DNA of 36,907 nucleotides, taken from sequence record DRR723986_1799; one strand, written 5' to 3'. This document shows, piece by piece, positions 15,827-27,171 of this stretch (positions are counted from its first letter, which is position 1; each line of letters begins with the position of its first letter). The notes below the pieces were generated by a model. That model saw nothing but the letters and a program-made list of their open reading frames with translations, ran no database searches and had not been told where the DNA came from. The translations under genes and the position numbers were made by a program.

Positions 15827-17014
15827 TTAACCCAATGCTTTCGCAATGCGTTCACAGGCTTTTTCCAGGTTGCTCATGCTGGTTGCAAATGAAATACGGA
15901 AGTAACCTTCCGCACCAAAAGCAGAACCAGGCACCACCGCCACACCGGCTTCCAGCAGGTAAGCCGTCAGTTCCAGATCATTTGCCGCCTTGATCTTGCC
16001 GGCAGCAGCCAGCTTTTCGATTGCCTTGCGTGCATCCACAAACGCATAGAAAGCACCTTCCGCTTTCAAACACTGAATGGTGGGAACAGCGTTCAAAGCC
16101 TTGGTCACAAACTCGTTGCGCTCACGGAATGCAGCCACCATGGGCTTCAAACAATCCTGGTCGCCATTCAAGGCAGCTTCCGCAGCCACTTGCGAAATTG
16201 AAGTGGGGTTTGAAGTGGACTGGCTTTGCAGGTTGGTCATCACATCAATCAGCTTGGCTGGGCCTGCGGCAAAACCAATTCGCCAACCAGTCATGCTGTA
16301 AGCCTTGGACACACCGTTCAACACAATGGTGCGGTCTTTCAGGGCCGGGCATGCGTTCACAATGTTCACGAACGGGGTACCGGTCAGGTTGATGTGCTCG
16401 TACATGTCATCGGTGGCCACCAGAATATTGGGGTGCTTCAACAGCACCTCGCCCAAGGCAGCCAGCTCTTCTTTGGTGTACACAGCGCCTGTGGGGTTGC
16501 TGGGGCTGTTGATCATGAACATCTTGGTTTTCGGAGTAATGGCAGCTTCCAGTTGGGCGGCTGTCATTTTGAAACCCTGCTCAATGCCGGCAAACACCAG
16601 CTTGGGCACGCCACCAGCGATTTCAACGATGTCCGCGTAGCTCACCCAGTAAGGGGCAGGAATCACCACCTCGTCACCATCGTTGATGGTGGCCAGAATC
16701 ATGTTGAAAATACACTGCTTGCCGCCAACACCCACTACCACTTCATTGGGCTTGTATTCCAGGCCGTTGTCGCGCTTCAGTTTGGCGATCACCGCGTTTT
16801 TCAAACCAACTGTGCCGCCCACTGCGGTGTACTTGGTGAAACCGGCATCAATGGCTTTCTTGGCAGCTTCCTTGATGTGGTCAGGGGTATCGAAGTCGGG
16901 TTCACCAGCGCCCAAGCCGATAATGTCTTTACCCTCGGCTTTCAGTTGGGCCGCCTTGGCTGTCACGGCAAGTGTAGGGGAAGGTTTGATCGTAAGTGCG
17001 CGATTTGAAAGCAT
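15827..17014 (-). CDS. PLP-dependent class I/II aminotransferase (aspartate aminotransferase type)
   Basis: GEPDF, NSPSNPTG, DDMY, SKAYSMTGWRIG (PLP lysine), PGSAFG..GYFRIS. Confidence 0.93.
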   Translation of the reverse strand: MLSNRALTIKPSPTLAVTAKAAQLKAEGKDIIGLGAGEPDFDTPDHIKEAAKKAIDAGFTKYTAVGGTVGLKNAVIAKLKRDNGLEYKPNEVVVGVGGKQCIFNMILATINDGDEVVIPAPYWVSYADIVEIAGGVPKLVFAGIEQGFKMTAAQLEAAITPKTKMFMINSPSNPTGAVYTKEELAALGEVLLKHPNILVATDDMYEHINLTGTPFVNIVNACPALKDRTIVLNGVSKAYSMTGWRIGFAAGPAKLIDVMTNLQSQSTSNPTSISQVAAEAALNGDQDCLKPMVAAFRERNEFVTKALNAVPTIQCLKAEGAFYAFVDARKAIEKLAAAGKIKAANDLELTAYLLEAGVAVVPGSAFGAEGYFRISFATSMSNLEKACERIAKALG

Positions 17015-17250
17015 GATTCCGTTGTCTGGGAGTGAAAAAAGAAAAAGTCAAGTCTGGAAAAAAAACTAGTTTCCGACGATAATGCAGGATTGGCTTATCA
17101 CAAAATGCTGCGAAATTTCTGCAGCCATCAGCCCAATGATGCAACTCCGTAATTCTACGGGATTGGCCAGAAGGTTCAACCCGTTGGGTTAATCATTGGC
17201 TAAAACCTGTGTGCTTTGTGGTTGCCTCGCATCAAGACTTGCAGTTTAAC

Positions 17251-19314
17251 ATGGCCCCTGGATTTATCAGTTACCCCAACAGTCCGTTCGAGCTTTACCA
17301 GCCCTATCCACCGGCTGGCGACCAGCCGACTGCGATTGAAAAACTGGTTGAGGGGGTCAATGACGGCGAAGTATTCCAAACCCTGCTGGGCGTAACAGGC
17401 TCGGGCAAAACCTACACCATGGCCAATGTCATTGCCCAAACTGGCCGCCCTGCCCTGGTACTCGCACCCAACAAAACCCTGGCCGCCCAGCTGTACGCTG
17501 AAATGCGCGAGTTCTTCCCCAAAAACGCGGTGGAATATTTTGTTAGCTATTACGACTACTATCAGCCCGAGGCCTATGTGCCCAGCCGCGACCTGTTCAT
17601 TGAAAAAGACAGCTCGATCAACGAGCACATTGAACAAATGCGGCTTTCAGCCACAAAAAGCCTGCTGGAACGCCGCGATACCATCATTGTAGGCACCGTA
17701 AGCTGTATCTATGGTATCGGTGATCCATCGGATTACCACGCCATGATTTTGAGCATCCGCCACGGCGACAAGCTCAGTCAGCGCGATATTCTGAAGCGCT
17801 TGATCGCCATGCAATACAAGCGCAACGACCTGGATTTCACACGGGGTACTTTCCGTGTTCGAGGCGACACGATCGACGTATACCCAGCCGAACATTCTGA
17901 ACTTGCGGTTCGCATTGACCTGTTCGACGATGAAATTGACGGCATCCAGCTGTTTGACCCACTCACCGGCAAAATTCGCCAAAAGCTGCCCCGTTTCACC
18001 ATTTACCCAAGCAGCCACTACGTAACGCCCCGCGCTACCGTGCTACGTGCCATTGAAACCATCAAGGAAGAATTGCGCGAACAGCTTGATTTCTTTGTGA
18101 AAACCGGAAAACTGGTCGAGGCCCAGCGCCTGGAGCAGCGCACCCGCTTTGACCTTGAAATGCTGGCCGAACTCGGATTTTGCAAAGGCATCGAGAACTA
18201 CAGCCGCCACATGTCAGGCGCAGCGCCAGGTGAGCCGCCCCCCACGCTGATTGACTACCTGCCCAAAGACGGCCTGATGATCATTGATGAAAGCCACGTC
18301 ACGATCGGCCAACTCGGCGGAATGTACCGTGGAGACAGGTCCCGCAAGGAAACTTTGGTTAACTTCGGCTTTCGTCTACCTTCTGCCATGGACAACCGCC
18401 CCTTGCGTTTCGAGGAATTCGAGTCCAAAATGCGGCAAACAGTGTTTGTTTCAGCCACGCCCTCGAATTACGAGAAAGAGCATTCTGGCCAAGTGGTTGA
18501 ACAAGTGGTGCGCCCCACCGGGTTAATTGACCCTGTGATTGAGGTGCGCCCTGCCACCACCCAGGTCGATGACCTGCTCAGCGAGATTCACGAGCGAACT
18601 CGCGCTGGCGATCGAGTATTGGTCACAACGTTGACCAAGCGCATGGCCGAAGACCTCACTGATTACCTCAGCGACAATGGCGTGCGCGTGCGCTATCTGC
18701 ACTCCGACATCGACACCGTAGAGCGAGTGGAAATTATCCGCGACCTGCGTTTGGGCGAATTCGATGTGCTGGTTGGAATTAATTTGTTGCGCGAGGGCTT
18801 GGATATTCCGGAAGTGTCCCTAGTTGCGATACTGGACGCCGACAAGGAAGGCTTTTTGCGCAGTGAACGCAGTTTGATTCAAACCATTGGCCGCGCGGCC
18901 CGCAATTTGAACGGTAAAGCCATTTTGTATGCCGATCGGGTGACCGACTCCATGAAACTGGCCATTGGCGAAACTGAAAGGCGTCGAAACAAACAAATTG
19001 AATTTAATGCGGCAAACGGTATTACCCCAAGGGGTGTGAACAAGCAGGTCAAGGAACTAATTGACGGCGTGTTCGATCCAAATGCTTCAAGGCAACGCAA
19101 GGCCGACAAGGCCATGGAGGTTGCACCGCTGGGTGAAAAACAGTTGGCGAAAGAGATTAAACGGCTTGAGAAGCTCATGCTGGAGCATGCGAAGAACCTG
19201 GAGTTTGAAAAAGCAGCCCAGGCCCGCGACCAGCTGGGTTTGTTGAAAGAACAGTTGTTTGGCAGCAAAGGCGATTCCAACGTGACATCGCTGGATGCCA
19301 AGCGCAGTGCTTAG
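17251..19314 (+). CDS. uvrB: Excinuclease ABC subunit B
   Basis: [51 protein letters not shown] and a C-terminal UVR domain. Start chosen at ATG 17251. Confidence 0.98.
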   Translation: MAPGFISYPNSPFELYQPYPPAGDQPTAIEKLVEGVNDGEVFQTLLGVTGSGKTYTMANVIAQTGRPALVLAPNKTLAAQLYAEMREFFPKNAVEYFVSYYDYYQPEAYVPSRDLFIEKDSSINEHIEQMRLSATKSLLERRDTIIVGTVSCIYGIGDPSDYHAMILSIRHGDKLSQRDILKRLIAMQYKRNDLDFTRGTFRVRGDTIDVYPAEHSELAVRIDLFDDEIDGIQLFDPLTGKIRQKLPRFTIYPSSHYVTPRATVLRAIETIKEELREQLDFFVKTGKLVEAQRLEQRTRFDLEMLAELGFCKGIENYSRHMSGAAPGEPPPTLIDYLPKDGLMIIDESHVTIGQLGGMYRGDRSRKETLVNFGFRLPSAMDNRPLRFEEFESKMRQTVFVSATPSNYEKEHSGQVVEQVVRPTGLIDPVIEVRPATTQVDDLLSEIHERTRAGDRVLVTTLTKRMAEDLTDYLSDNGVRVRYLHSDIDTVERVEIIRDLRLGEFDVLVGINLLREGLDIPEVSLVAILDADKEGFLRSERSLIQTIGRAARNLNGKAILYADRVTDSMKLAIGETERRRNKQIEFNAANGITPRGVNKQVKELIDGVFDPNASRQRKADKAMEVAPLGEKQLAKEIKRLEKLMLEHAKNLEFEKAAQARDQLGLLKEQLFGSKGDSNVTSLDAKRSA

Positions 19315-19361
19315 GTTTTAAGAGTTTTACTTTAATGGGTTCAGGACAATAGGAAGCCAAT

Positions 19362-19853
19362 ATGAAAAGCAAAGTTTTGTTTGTGTGCATGGGAAACATC
19401 TGCCGCTCACCAACAGCGGAAGGCGTTTTCAGGCAGATGGTAAGCGAAGCGGGTCTTGACCATGAAATTTCTGTTGAGTCAGCCGGCACGCATGCCTACC
19501 ATTTGGACAAAACGCCCGATCCCCGCGCGGTGGCTGCTGCTGCCAAGCGTGGTTACGACATTTCCGGCCTGATTTCACGCCAGGTCACTGCGGACGACTT
19601 CCGCGACAGCGACATGATTTTGGCGATGGACTGGGACAACATGAGCCTGCTGCAACAGCAGTGCCCACGCCAGTACGCGCACAAAATCCAGTTGATGATG
19701 CGCTACGCCACGGAACATGATGAAGCCACCGTGCCCGACCCTTACTATGGTGGCCCCGATGGTTTCGACACCGTACTGAACTACATTGAAGACAGCTGCA
19801 CAGGCTTGTTGGAAGTGTTGCGCAAGCGCGTGTTTCAGTTCGCTGCTGCATAA
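19362..19853 (+). CDS. Low molecular weight protein-tyrosine phosphatase
   Basis: CMGNICRS P-loop and DPYYG. Confidence 0.95.
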   Translation: MKSKVLFVCMGNICRSPTAEGVFRQMVSEAGLDHEISVESAGTHAYHLDKTPDPRAVAAAAKRGYDISGLISRQVTADDFRDSDMILAMDWDNMSLLQQQCPRQYAHKIQLMMRYATEHDEATVPDPYYGGPDGFDTVLNYIEDSCTGLLEVLRKRVFQFAAA

Positions 19854-19888
19854 ACAGGCACAACCCGCCATGGGCGGGCGCTGAAGTC

Positions 19889-19918
19889 AAAAACCGCTGG
19901 CCTTGGCTGGCGGTTTTT
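19889..19918 (+). terminator. Intrinsic terminator after uvrB-PTP
   Basis: AAAAACCGCTGGCCTTGGCTGGCGGTTTTT hairpin with G-U pairs and a U tract. Confidence 0.75.
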
Positions 19919-19961
19919 CTTTGTCAGATCAAGGTTTCCCCTAGCCACCCAAACCGCTTGA

Positions 19962-20014
19962 ATACTTGAGTAAAACGGTCAACTTTGCTATACTTGACCA
20001 AAATAGTAGGAATT
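19962..20014. promoter_or_regulatory. Tandem type-1 IscR binding sites
   Basis: ATACTTGAGTAAAACGGTCAACTTT (19962-19986) and ATACTTGACCAAAATAGTAGGAATT (19990-20014) resemble the 25-bp type-1 IscR consensus, directly upstream of iscR. Confidence 0.8.
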
Positions 20015-20027
20015 AAAAAGGGTTGCC

Positions 20028-20510
20028 ATGCGATTGACCACAAAAGGCAGATTTGCCGTCACAGCCATGATTGATCTTGCCTTGCAGCAAGACACAGGCC
20101 CGGTTTCGCTCGCTGGTATCAGCCAGCGCCAGAACATTTCCCTGTCGTACCTGGAGCAATTGTTCTCCAAGTTACGTCGCCACGAGTTGGTTGAAAGCGT
20201 TCGCGGGCCCGGTGGCGGTTATCATATCGCGCGCGCCTTGAAGGAAGTCAGTGTAGCCGACGTGATATTGGCAGTTGATGAACCCCTGGATGCGACGCAA
20301 TGCGGCGGCAAGGAAAACTGCACAGATGAAGGTCAGTGCATGACGCATGACCTTTGGAGTAGCCTGAATACGAAAATGCTGGAATACCTGGGCTCAGTAA
20401 CCTTGCAATGCCTGGTTGAAAAGCACAAACAGAAAGACGCGGAACGAACCATTCAGTTTCGTGAAAGGCCAACGGCATCTAATGCCACGGCCGCACAGCA
20501 CACACATTAA
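20028..20510 (+). CDS. iscR: Fe-S cluster assembly regulator IscR
   Basis: MRLTTKGRFAVTAM, SYLEQLF, RGPGGGY, three Cys plus His (C..C..CMTH). Confidence 0.97.
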   Translation: MRLTTKGRFAVTAMIDLALQQDTGPVSLAGISQRQNISLSYLEQLFSKLRRHELVESVRGPGGGYHIARALKEVSVADVILAVDEPLDATQCGGKENCTDEGQCMTHDLWSSLNTKMLEYLGSVTLQCLVEKHKQKDAERTIQFRERPTASNATAAQHTH

Positions 20511-20537
20511 ACAGCAGTTGATTGGAGCACACACATT

Positions 20538-21749
20538 ATGAAGATGCCGATTTACCTCGATTACAGCGCCACCACCCCAGTGGACCCGCGCGTAGCCGAC
20601 GCCATGATCCCTTTCCTGCGTGAAAGTTTTGGCAACCCGGCATCCCGCAGCCATGCCTATGGCTGGACCGCCGAGGAAGCCGTTGAAAAAGCGCGTGAAG
20701 ATGTTGCAGCACTGGTGAACGCAGACCCGCGCGAAATCGTATGGACTTCGGGCGCGACTGAATCAAACAACCTGGCCATCAAGGGTGCGGCGCTGTTTTA
20801 CGGCGAAACCAAGGGTAAGCACATCATTACCGTGAAAACCGAACACAAGGCCGTGCTGGACACCTTCCGCGACTTGGAACGCCATGGCTTTGAAGCCACT
20901 TACATGGACGTTCAGGAAAACGGTTTAGTCGACATGGAAGCATTGAAGGCCGCCATTCGCCCAGACACAGTGCTGATTTCCGTCATGTTCGTGAACAACG
21001 AAATTGGCGTAATTCAAGACATTCCCGCCATTGGCGAACTGTGCCGCGAGAAAGGCATTATTTTCCACGTGGATGCAGCGCAAGCCACTGGCAAGGTTGA
21101 AATCGACCTGCAAAAGCTGAAAGTCGATTTAATGAGTTTCTGCGCCCATAAAACTTACGGCCCCAAGGGCATTGGTGCACTGTATGTGCGCCGCAAGCCC
21201 CGCATTCGCATCGATGCACAAATGCACGGTGGCGGCCATGAGCGCGGCATGCGCTCAGGCACCTTGGCAACGCACCAAATCGTGGGCATGGGCGAGGCAT
21301 TCCGTATCGCCAAAGAAGAAATGGCCAGCGAACTGCCCCGCATGAAAGCACTTCGCGATCGCTTGCTGAACGGCTTGAAAGCCATCGACGAAATTTACGT
21401 GAACGGCGATCTTGAAAAGCGTGTTCCACACAACCTGAACGTGAGCTTCAACTTTGTGGAAGGCGAGTCGCTGATCATGGCTGTGAAAGACATTGCTGTG
21501 TCTTCAGGTTCGGCCTGTACATCGGCCTCTCTGGAACCTTCATATGTGTTGCGCGCCTTGGGTCGCAGCGACGAACTGGCGCACAGCTCGATTCGTTTCT
21601 CGATTGGCCGCTTCACAACCGAAGCCGACATTGATTTCACGATTGAATTGATGAAAACCAAAGTGGCGAAGTTGCGAGAATTGTCGCCCCTTTGGGAAAT
21701 GCACCTGGACGGCGTCGACCTGAGCACCGTTCAATGGGCTGAGCACTGA
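20538..21749 (+). CDS. iscS: Cysteine desulfurase IscS
   Basis: [25 protein letters not shown]. Confidence 0.98.
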   Translation: MKMPIYLDYSATTPVDPRVADAMIPFLRESFGNPASRSHAYGWTAEEAVEKAREDVAALVNADPREIVWTSGATESNNLAIKGAALFYGETKGKHIITVKTEHKAVLDTFRDLERHGFEATYMDVQENGLVDMEALKAAIRPDTVLISVMFVNNEIGVIQDIPAIGELCREKGIIFHVDAAQATGKVEIDLQKLKVDLMSFCAHKTYGPKGIGALYVRRKPRIRIDAQMHGGGHERGMRSGTLATHQIVGMGEAFRIAKEEMASELPRMKALRDRLLNGLKAIDEIYVNGDLEKRVPHNLNVSFNFVEGESLIMAVKDIAVSSGSACTSASLEPSYVLRALGRSDELAHSSIRFSIGRFTTEADIDFTIELMKTKVAKLRELSPLWEMHLDGVDLSTVQWAEH

Positions 21750-21776
21750 AATATTTAAAGATTGAGGAGAAGTACC

Positions 21777-22157
21777 ATGGCATACAGCGAAAAAGTTTTA
21801 GACCACTATGAAAACCCCCGCAACGTCGGTTCGTTCGAGAAGGGCGACGACGAAGTAGGCACAGGCATGGTGGGTGCACCAGCATGCGGCGACGTGATGA
21901 AGCTGCAAATCAAGGTGGGTGAAGACGGCGTGATCACCGATGCGAAGTTTAAAACCTATGGCTGCGGTTCAGCCATTGCATCCTCTTCATTGGTAACAGA
22001 GTGGGTCAAGGGCAAAACCCTGGACCAGGCTTTGGAAATCAAGAACACAGCCATCGCTGAAGAACTGGCATTGCCACCTGTAAAAATTCACTGTTCCATT
22101 CTGGCTGAAGACGCCATCAAGGCAGCAGTTGAAGATTACAAAAAGAAGCACGCTTAA
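21777..22157 (+). CDS. iscU: Fe-S scaffold IscU
   Basis: MAYSEKVLDHYENPRN, GAPACGD, GCGSA, LPPVKIHCS; GAGGA RBS before ATG 21777. Confidence 0.98.
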   Translation: MAYSEKVLDHYENPRNVGSFEKGDDEVGTGMVGAPACGDVMKLQIKVGEDGVITDAKFKTYGCGSAIASSSLVTEWVKGKTLDQALEIKNTAIAEELALPPVKIHCSILAEDAIKAAVEDYKKKHA

Positions 22158-22178
22158 TTCATGAAGGAAGTTGACACC

Positions 22179-22502
22179 ATGGCGATTACATTGACAGAAC
22201 GCGCCGCCGACCACATCAGCAAATTCCTGACCAAACGCGGCAAGGGAATTGGCTTGCGCATTGGTGTGCGCACCACCGGTTGTTCCGGCATGGCCTACAA
22301 GCTTGAATTCGTGGATGTTGTTGCCGACGAAGACAATGTATTTGAAGCCCATGGTGTAAAACTGTTTGTTGACCCGAAAAGCATGCCCTATCTGGAAGGA
22401 ATCGAGCTAGATTTCGCCCGCGAAGGCTTGAATGAGGGCTTCAAATTCAACAACCCGAACGAAAAGGCGCGCTGCGGCTGTGGTGAAAGCTTCACTGTGT
22501 AA
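22179..22502 (+). CDS. iscA: Fe-S assembly protein IscA
   Basis: TTGCSG and CGCGESF; alternative start at 22161. Confidence 0.97.
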   Translation: MAITLTERAADHISKFLTKRGKGIGLRIGVRTTGCSGMAYKLEFVDVVADEDNVFEAHGVKLFVDPKSMPYLEGIELDFAREGLNEGFKFNNPNEKARCGCGESFTV

Positions 22503-23038
22503 TGGCTAATTCGGCAATTAAGCTCAGCGACAATGACTTTGAAATTTTTGGGTTGCCCTGCCAGTTTTCACTGGACAGCGCAGCCCTTTCTGCATCTTAC
22601 CTGCGCCTTCAAAGTCAAACCCACCCCGACCGTTTTGCAAATTCAAGTGCACAGGAAAAACGTTTGGCTGTTCAGTGGGCCACACGGGTGAATGAAGCAT
22701 ACAAGCGCTTGCAAAACCCGATGGAGCGCGCCATCTACTGGTGTGAACTGAACGGTGAAAACCCGCGTGGGCAGCAGAGCAATTTGCCACCGGCGCTCTT
22801 GATGCAACAAATGGAATGGCGCGAGGCGCTGGAAGAAATTGAGGGTGTCGAGGCATTGGAGAACCTGCTGGATGAAGTGGCTTCGGAAAAGAAGCGTTGC
22901 CTTGCCTTGATTGCCCAACAAATTGATAGCGAGAAGAATGCGCAAGCGGCCAATGGCACAGCGCAAGCCTTGCTGTTCATCGACAAATTCATGATTGAGT
23001 TGACCAAGAAATTGGAGCAACTGGAGGACGCCAGCTAA
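22502..23038 (+). CDS. hscB: Co-chaperone HscB
   Basis: J-domain HPDRF and LMQQMEWRE; operon position. Confidence 0.96.
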   Translation: MANSAIKLSDNDFEIFGLPCQFSLDSAALSASYLRLQSQTHPDRFANSSAQEKRLAVQWATRVNEAYKRLQNPMERAIYWCELNGENPRGQQSNLPPALLMQQMEWREALEEIEGVEALENLLDEVASEKKRCLALIAQQIDSEKNAQAANGTAQALLFIDKFMIELTKKLEQLEDAS

Positions 23039-24921
23039 TGGCTTTGTTACAAATTGCCGAACCCGGTATGTCGACTGCGCCCCACGAGCACAGGCTTGCT
23101 GTGGGCATCGACCTGGGCACCACGCACTCGCTGGTGGCCAGCGTGCGAAGCGGCAGCGCTGAATGTTTGCCTGATTCTTCAGGCCGTGTAATTTTACCCA
23201 GCGTGGTTCGCTATGGCGAAACCGGCGTAAAAAACATGGGTGAAGACGCATTGGCTTGTGCCGACACTGACCCGTTCAATACGGTGTTTTCAGTGAAGCG
23301 ACTCATGGGTCGCGGGTATGCTGATGTACAAGGCTTGAACCTGCCCTACCGCGTGAAAGATTCAGGCGGCATGGTTGAAATTGAAACTGATTACGGCACG
23401 AAAAGCCCGGTTGAAGTGTCTGCGGATATTCTGCGCAACTTGCGCAAACGCGCTGAAGCCACCTTGGGTGGTGAGCTGGTGGGCGCTGTGATAACTGTGC
23501 CCGCTTACTTTGACGATGCCCAACGCCAGGCCACGAAAGATGCAGCCCAACTGGCTGGCTTGAACGTTTTGCGACTGATCAACGAGCCAACCGCTGCAGC
23601 TGTGGCCTACGGTCTGGATCAAAAAGCGCAAGGGCAGTTCGTGGTGTTCGACCTTGGTGGTGGCACGTTTGATGTGTCCATTCTGCGCCTACAGGCCGGT
23701 GTATTCGAGGTGCTGGCCACAGGTGGCGACTCCGCTTTGGGTGGCGATGATTTCGACCGTGCGATGGCTGACCATTTCATTGCCACACACGGTTTTCAGG
23801 AACTGAACCCGCAACAGCGTTCGCGCCTGGTGATGGCTTGCCGTCGAGTGAAGGAACAAATTTCCCACGAGCACACCGCATTTCTCAGCGTCGAATTCAA
23901 AAGCGGTGAAACCATCGCTGAAACAGTGACCGCAGAACAATTTGAGACCATTGTTGAGCCCTTGGTAAAACGTACCATTCAAGCCGCCCGCAAAACATTG
24001 CGTGATGCTGGCCTGAGTACCGATGACATTGACGGTGTGGTGATGGTGGGCGGTTCTACCCGCATGCCGGTGATTCGTAAAGCAGTAAAGGCATTTTTCG
24101 GCAAAGACCCGCTGGTGAATTTGAACCCGGATGAAGTGGTTGCCATTGGCGCCGCCATTCAGGCCGATACCCTAGCTGGCAACCGCAGCGACGATGAACT
24201 GCTTTTGCTGGACGTCATTCCACTAAGCCTGGGCCTTGAAACCATGGGTGGCTTGACTGAACGCGTGATCAACCGCAACAGCACCATCCCTGTGGCGCGA
24301 GCGCAGGAATTCACGACATTCAAAGACGGTCAAACTGCCATGGCCATTCACGTGGTACAAGGCGAGCGTGAACTGGTCTCTGAAAACCGTTCACTGGCCC
24401 GATTCGAGCTGCGCGGCATTCCACCCATGGTGGCTGGTGCTGCACGCATTCGCGTGACCTTTCAAGTGGACGCCGACGGCCTGCTGGCTGTGAATGCCAT
24501 GGAAACAGGCTCAGGTGTTTCAGCGAACATCACAGTGAAACCCTCCTATGGGCTGGACGATGATCAAATTGCAGGCATGCTGAAAAACAGCTTTGAGTTC
24601 GCCGAAGCAGACATGAATGCACGTCAGCTTCGCGAGCAGCAAGTTGAAGCCATGCGTTTGGTGGAATCGGTTGAAGCAGCGATTGGCAAAGACAGTGAAC
24701 TGCTCGACGCCAGCGAGCTTGAAACTATTAATGCCAGCGTGAATGCCTTGCGAGAATTGGCGCAAACCGATGACTTGCGCGCGATTGAAAAAGGCATTGA
24801 AGATTTGAGCCACCTGACCGAAGACTTCGCTGCTCGCCGAATGGACGCGGGTATTCGCAAGGCCTTGACCGGTAAAACCATTGAAACCGTCAGCACCACG
24901 CTGGGCGGTGCTTCGAAATAG
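23038..24921 (+). CDS. hscA: Chaperone HscA
   Basis: [38 protein letters not shown]. Confidence 0.97.
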   Translation: MALLQIAEPGMSTAPHEHRLAVGIDLGTTHSLVASVRSGSAECLPDSSGRVILPSVVRYGETGVKNMGEDALACADTDPFNTVFSVKRLMGRGYADVQGLNLPYRVKDSGGMVEIETDYGTKSPVEVSADILRNLRKRAEATLGGELVGAVITVPAYFDDAQRQATKDAAQLAGLNVLRLINEPTAAAVAYGLDQKAQGQFVVFDLGGGTFDVSILRLQAGVFEVLATGGDSALGGDDFDRAMADHFIATHGFQELNPQQRSRLVMACRRVKEQISHEHTAFLSVEFKSGETIAETVTAEQFETIVEPLVKRTIQAARKTLRDAGLSTDDIDGVVMVGGSTRMPVIRKAVKAFFGKDPLVNLNPDEVVAIGAAIQADTLAGNRSDDELLLLDVIPLSLGLETMGGLTERVINRNSTIPVARAQEFTTFKDGQTAMAIHVVQGERELVSENRSLARFELRGIPPMVAGAARIRVTFQVDADGLLAVNAMETGSGVSANITVKPSYGLDDDQIAGMLKNSFEFAEADMNARQLREQQVEAMRLVESVEAAIGKDSELLDASELETINASVNALRELAQTDDLRAIEKGIEDLSHLTEDFAARRMDAGIRKALTGKTIETVSTTLGGASK

Positions 24922-24953
24922 AAGCGCATTAACCGAACACGAGAGATTAAGAA

Positions 24954-25292
24954 ATGCCCATCATTAAAATTTTGCCCCATGAAAGTTTGTGCCCGGAAGG
25001 CAAAACTTTTGAAGCACCAACCGGCTCACAACTGTGTGAAACCATCCTGGCCAATGGCATTGCGCTGGAACACGCCTGCGAAATGAGCTGTGCCTGCACC
25101 ACTTGCCATGTGGTGATCAAGGAAGGCTTCAACAGCCTGACTGAAAGCAGCGACGATGAAGACGATTTGCTGGATATGGCCTGGGGCTTGACACCACAAA
25201 GCCGTTTGTCTTGCCAGGTGAAAGTGGCCGACAAGGACCTGGTTGTTGAATTGCCAAAATACACCATCAACCACGCACGCGAAAATCATTGA
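24954..25292 (+). CDS. fdx: ISC 2Fe-2S ferredoxin
   Basis: HACEMSCACTTCH, SRLSCQ, PKYTINHARE. Confidence 0.97.
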   Translation: MPIIKILPHESLCPEGKTFEAPTGSQLCETILANGIALEHACEMSCACTTCHVVIKEGFNSLTESSDDEDDLLDMAWGLTPQSRLSCQVKVADKDLVVELPKYTINHARENH

Positions 25293-25308
25293 TCAAGGGA
25301 GTAGCAAC

Positions 25309-25503
25309 ATGAAATGGACCGATACCCTGGACATTGCACTGGAACTGATTGACGCTCATCCCGATGTAGACCCGCAGTACATTCGCTTCACGGATTTGCA
25401 CAAGTGGGTTTGCGCCTTGCCCGGCTTCAACGACGATCCGGAAAAGTCCAATGAGAAAATTCTGGAAGCCATCCAGATGACCTGGATTGAAGAGCAGGAC
25501 TGA
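25309..25503 (+). CDS. iscX: Fe-S assembly protein IscX
   Basis: 64 aa MKWTD...IRFTDLH.W...DDP..SNEKILEAIQ..W. Confidence 0.95.
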   Translation: MKWTDTLDIALELIDAHPDVDPQYIRFTDLHKWVCALPGFNDDPEKSNEKILEAIQMTWIEEQD

Positions 25504-27054
25504 TTACAACAAATCGTTGATGGGCAGCAAAGAGTAGAAAAACACGACGATTTTGCGCCATGTGGTGGCCTTGGGCTCCAGGTCATGCCGAATTTCCTGG
25601 CCACCATCCCGCTCTATCCACACCAACGAGTCATCGTCATCAAGCCGCACCTCATAGGCCATGGTTGGCAAAGCCTGAAATGCCAAATCAATCTGCGTGG
25701 CCAATGCCGTGCTCTGTATCAAAAAGCCCATCTCGGTATTCAGGTTCACTGATCGCGGATCGAAATTAAACGAACCTACAAACACCCGTGAGCCATCCAC
25801 TGAAAAAGTTTTTGTGTGCAGGCTCGAACCAGAACTTCCAAGCATCGAATTGCGCCTCCCCTGCCGCTTGTTTTGCACCCCTGCACTGCTTTTCAATTCA
25901 AACAGCTTAACACCGGCTTTCAACAACTCCACGCGCGTTTTTGCGTAACCCGAGTGCACTGCAGCCACATCGGTGGCCTCCAGAGAATTCGTCAAAATCT
26001 GTACATTCACACCAGCCTTGGCCAAGCGCGAAAAGAAAGCCACGCCCTTTTCAGTGGGGACAAAGTACGGCGACACCACACTCAAACTGAATTTCGGCTC
26101 GGCGATGAAATCCCGAAGCTCCGCGACCAGGTAGTCCTCCCGACTGGCTTCGTCCAAACCTTTGGCAGGGTCATCGCTGACCATGCGTACTTTGGTCCAC
26201 TGCAGAGGTAATTTTCCGCTCAAAAATTCTTGCAAAAACACCGATTCGCGAACCTGTGTCGTGTAAACCGCAGCACGCTCTTGCTGCTCTGCGCTTAACT
26301 TCTCGCTGTCGAGTTGATCCAGCACTGTGGATTCGGTAGGCAATAGAATTTTGCTCGATGGATAAGCAGAATCACTTTTCCAGTACAAATCAAAATCGCG
26401 AGACACAGCGTCAACCACCGTGCCAACACACAACATGTCGAGATCGGTGAACAATTCTGCATCAGTGGCACCGAAATACTCATCGCCGATGTTGCGACCG
26501 CCAGAGATGGTCACCATATTGTCCACGGTGAATGATTTGTTGTGCATTCGGCGATTGGCTCGTGAAAAGTCAGTGATGTACCCAAGCCACTTTGGATTGC
26601 GAATGACAAACGGATTGAACAGACGCACTTCAATGTTCGGGTGTCGATCAATCCGATTCAACTGATTGTCCAGGCCAGTGATGCCATTGTCGTCAAGCAA
26701 CAAACGCACGCGTACACCGCGTTCTGCCGCTGCGAACAATTCATTCAACATCAAGGTGCCGGTGGTGTCGTTGTGCCACAAATACGATTGAATATCGATG
26801 GTTCGCTGCGCAGCGCGCGCCAATGCAACACGGCTGGCAAAAGCCTGCTTGGGATCTTGAATGGGGTAAATGCCGGCTTTGCCACGATTCTGTGCCAACC
26901 GGTCAGCCAGGGATTTTCCAAGTGTCGTTTCGCGGGCCATTTGTGGACTGAGCGCGCTGGATTGGGTACGGTCGCTTAGCTGGGGCAAGGCACAACCTTG
27001 CAGAAACCCCGCCAGCAGCAACGCAATCAGTGAGAATTTCACGGTGTTGAACAT
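25504..27054 (-). CDS. Phospholipase D family lipoprotein, ClsC/YmdC-like
   Basis: Two HKD motifs (HNKSFTVD, HTKTFSVD), GGRNIGDEYF, GSFNFDPRS, lipobox LQGC. Confidence 0.9.
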   Translation of the reverse strand: MFNTVKFSLIALLLAGFLQGCALPQLSDRTQSSALSPQMARETTLGKSLADRLAQNRGKAGIYPIQDPKQAFASRVALARAAQRTIDIQSYLWHNDTTGTLMLNELFAAAERGVRVRLLLDDNGITGLDNQLNRIDRHPNIEVRLFNPFVIRNPKWLGYITDFSRANRRMHNKSFTVDNMVTISGGRNIGDEYFGATDAELFTDLDMLCVGTVVDAVSRDFDLYWKSDSAYPSSKILLPTESTVLDQLDSEKLSAEQQERAAVYTTQVRESVFLQEFLSGKLPLQWTKVRMVSDDPAKGLDEASREDYLVAELRDFIAEPKFSLSVVSPYFVPTEKGVAFFSRLAKAGVNVQILTNSLEATDVAAVHSGYAKTRVELLKAGVKLFELKSSAGVQNKRQGRRNSMLGSSGSSLHTKTFSVDGSRVFVGSFNFDPRSVNLNTEMGFLIQSTALATQIDLAFQALPTMAYEVRLDDDDSLVWIERDGGQEIRHDLEPKATTWRKIVVFFYSLLPINDLL

Positions 27055-27070
27055 GTTTGCCCGACCTGTG

Positions 27071-27110
27071 GGCGGTATTTTCAGCGAGAGCTGAAACCGC
27101 CTTTGTTTTT
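27071..27110 (+). terminator. Plus-strand terminator-like hairpin
   Basis: GGCGG(TAT)TTTCAGC-GAGA-GCTGAAACCGCC followed by TTTGTTTTT. Confidence 0.5.
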
Positions 27111-27171
27111 ATCGCCAATCATCTGACGTGTGCACCAATATACTCTGGCACAGGCAGGCGACCTAATCATT

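Noticed and set aside
16226-17008. 260-aa plus-strand ORF (likewise 28433-29161, 34542-35420, 22643-23251)
   Set aside because: Antisense shadows of well-supported genes, with no recognisable motifs.
17015-17250. LexA/SOS box upstream of uvrB
   Set aside because: No CTGT-N8-ACAG match was found by eye.
20028-25503. isc operon as a novel finding
   Set aside because: Canonical gene order and motifs; ordinary housekeeping.
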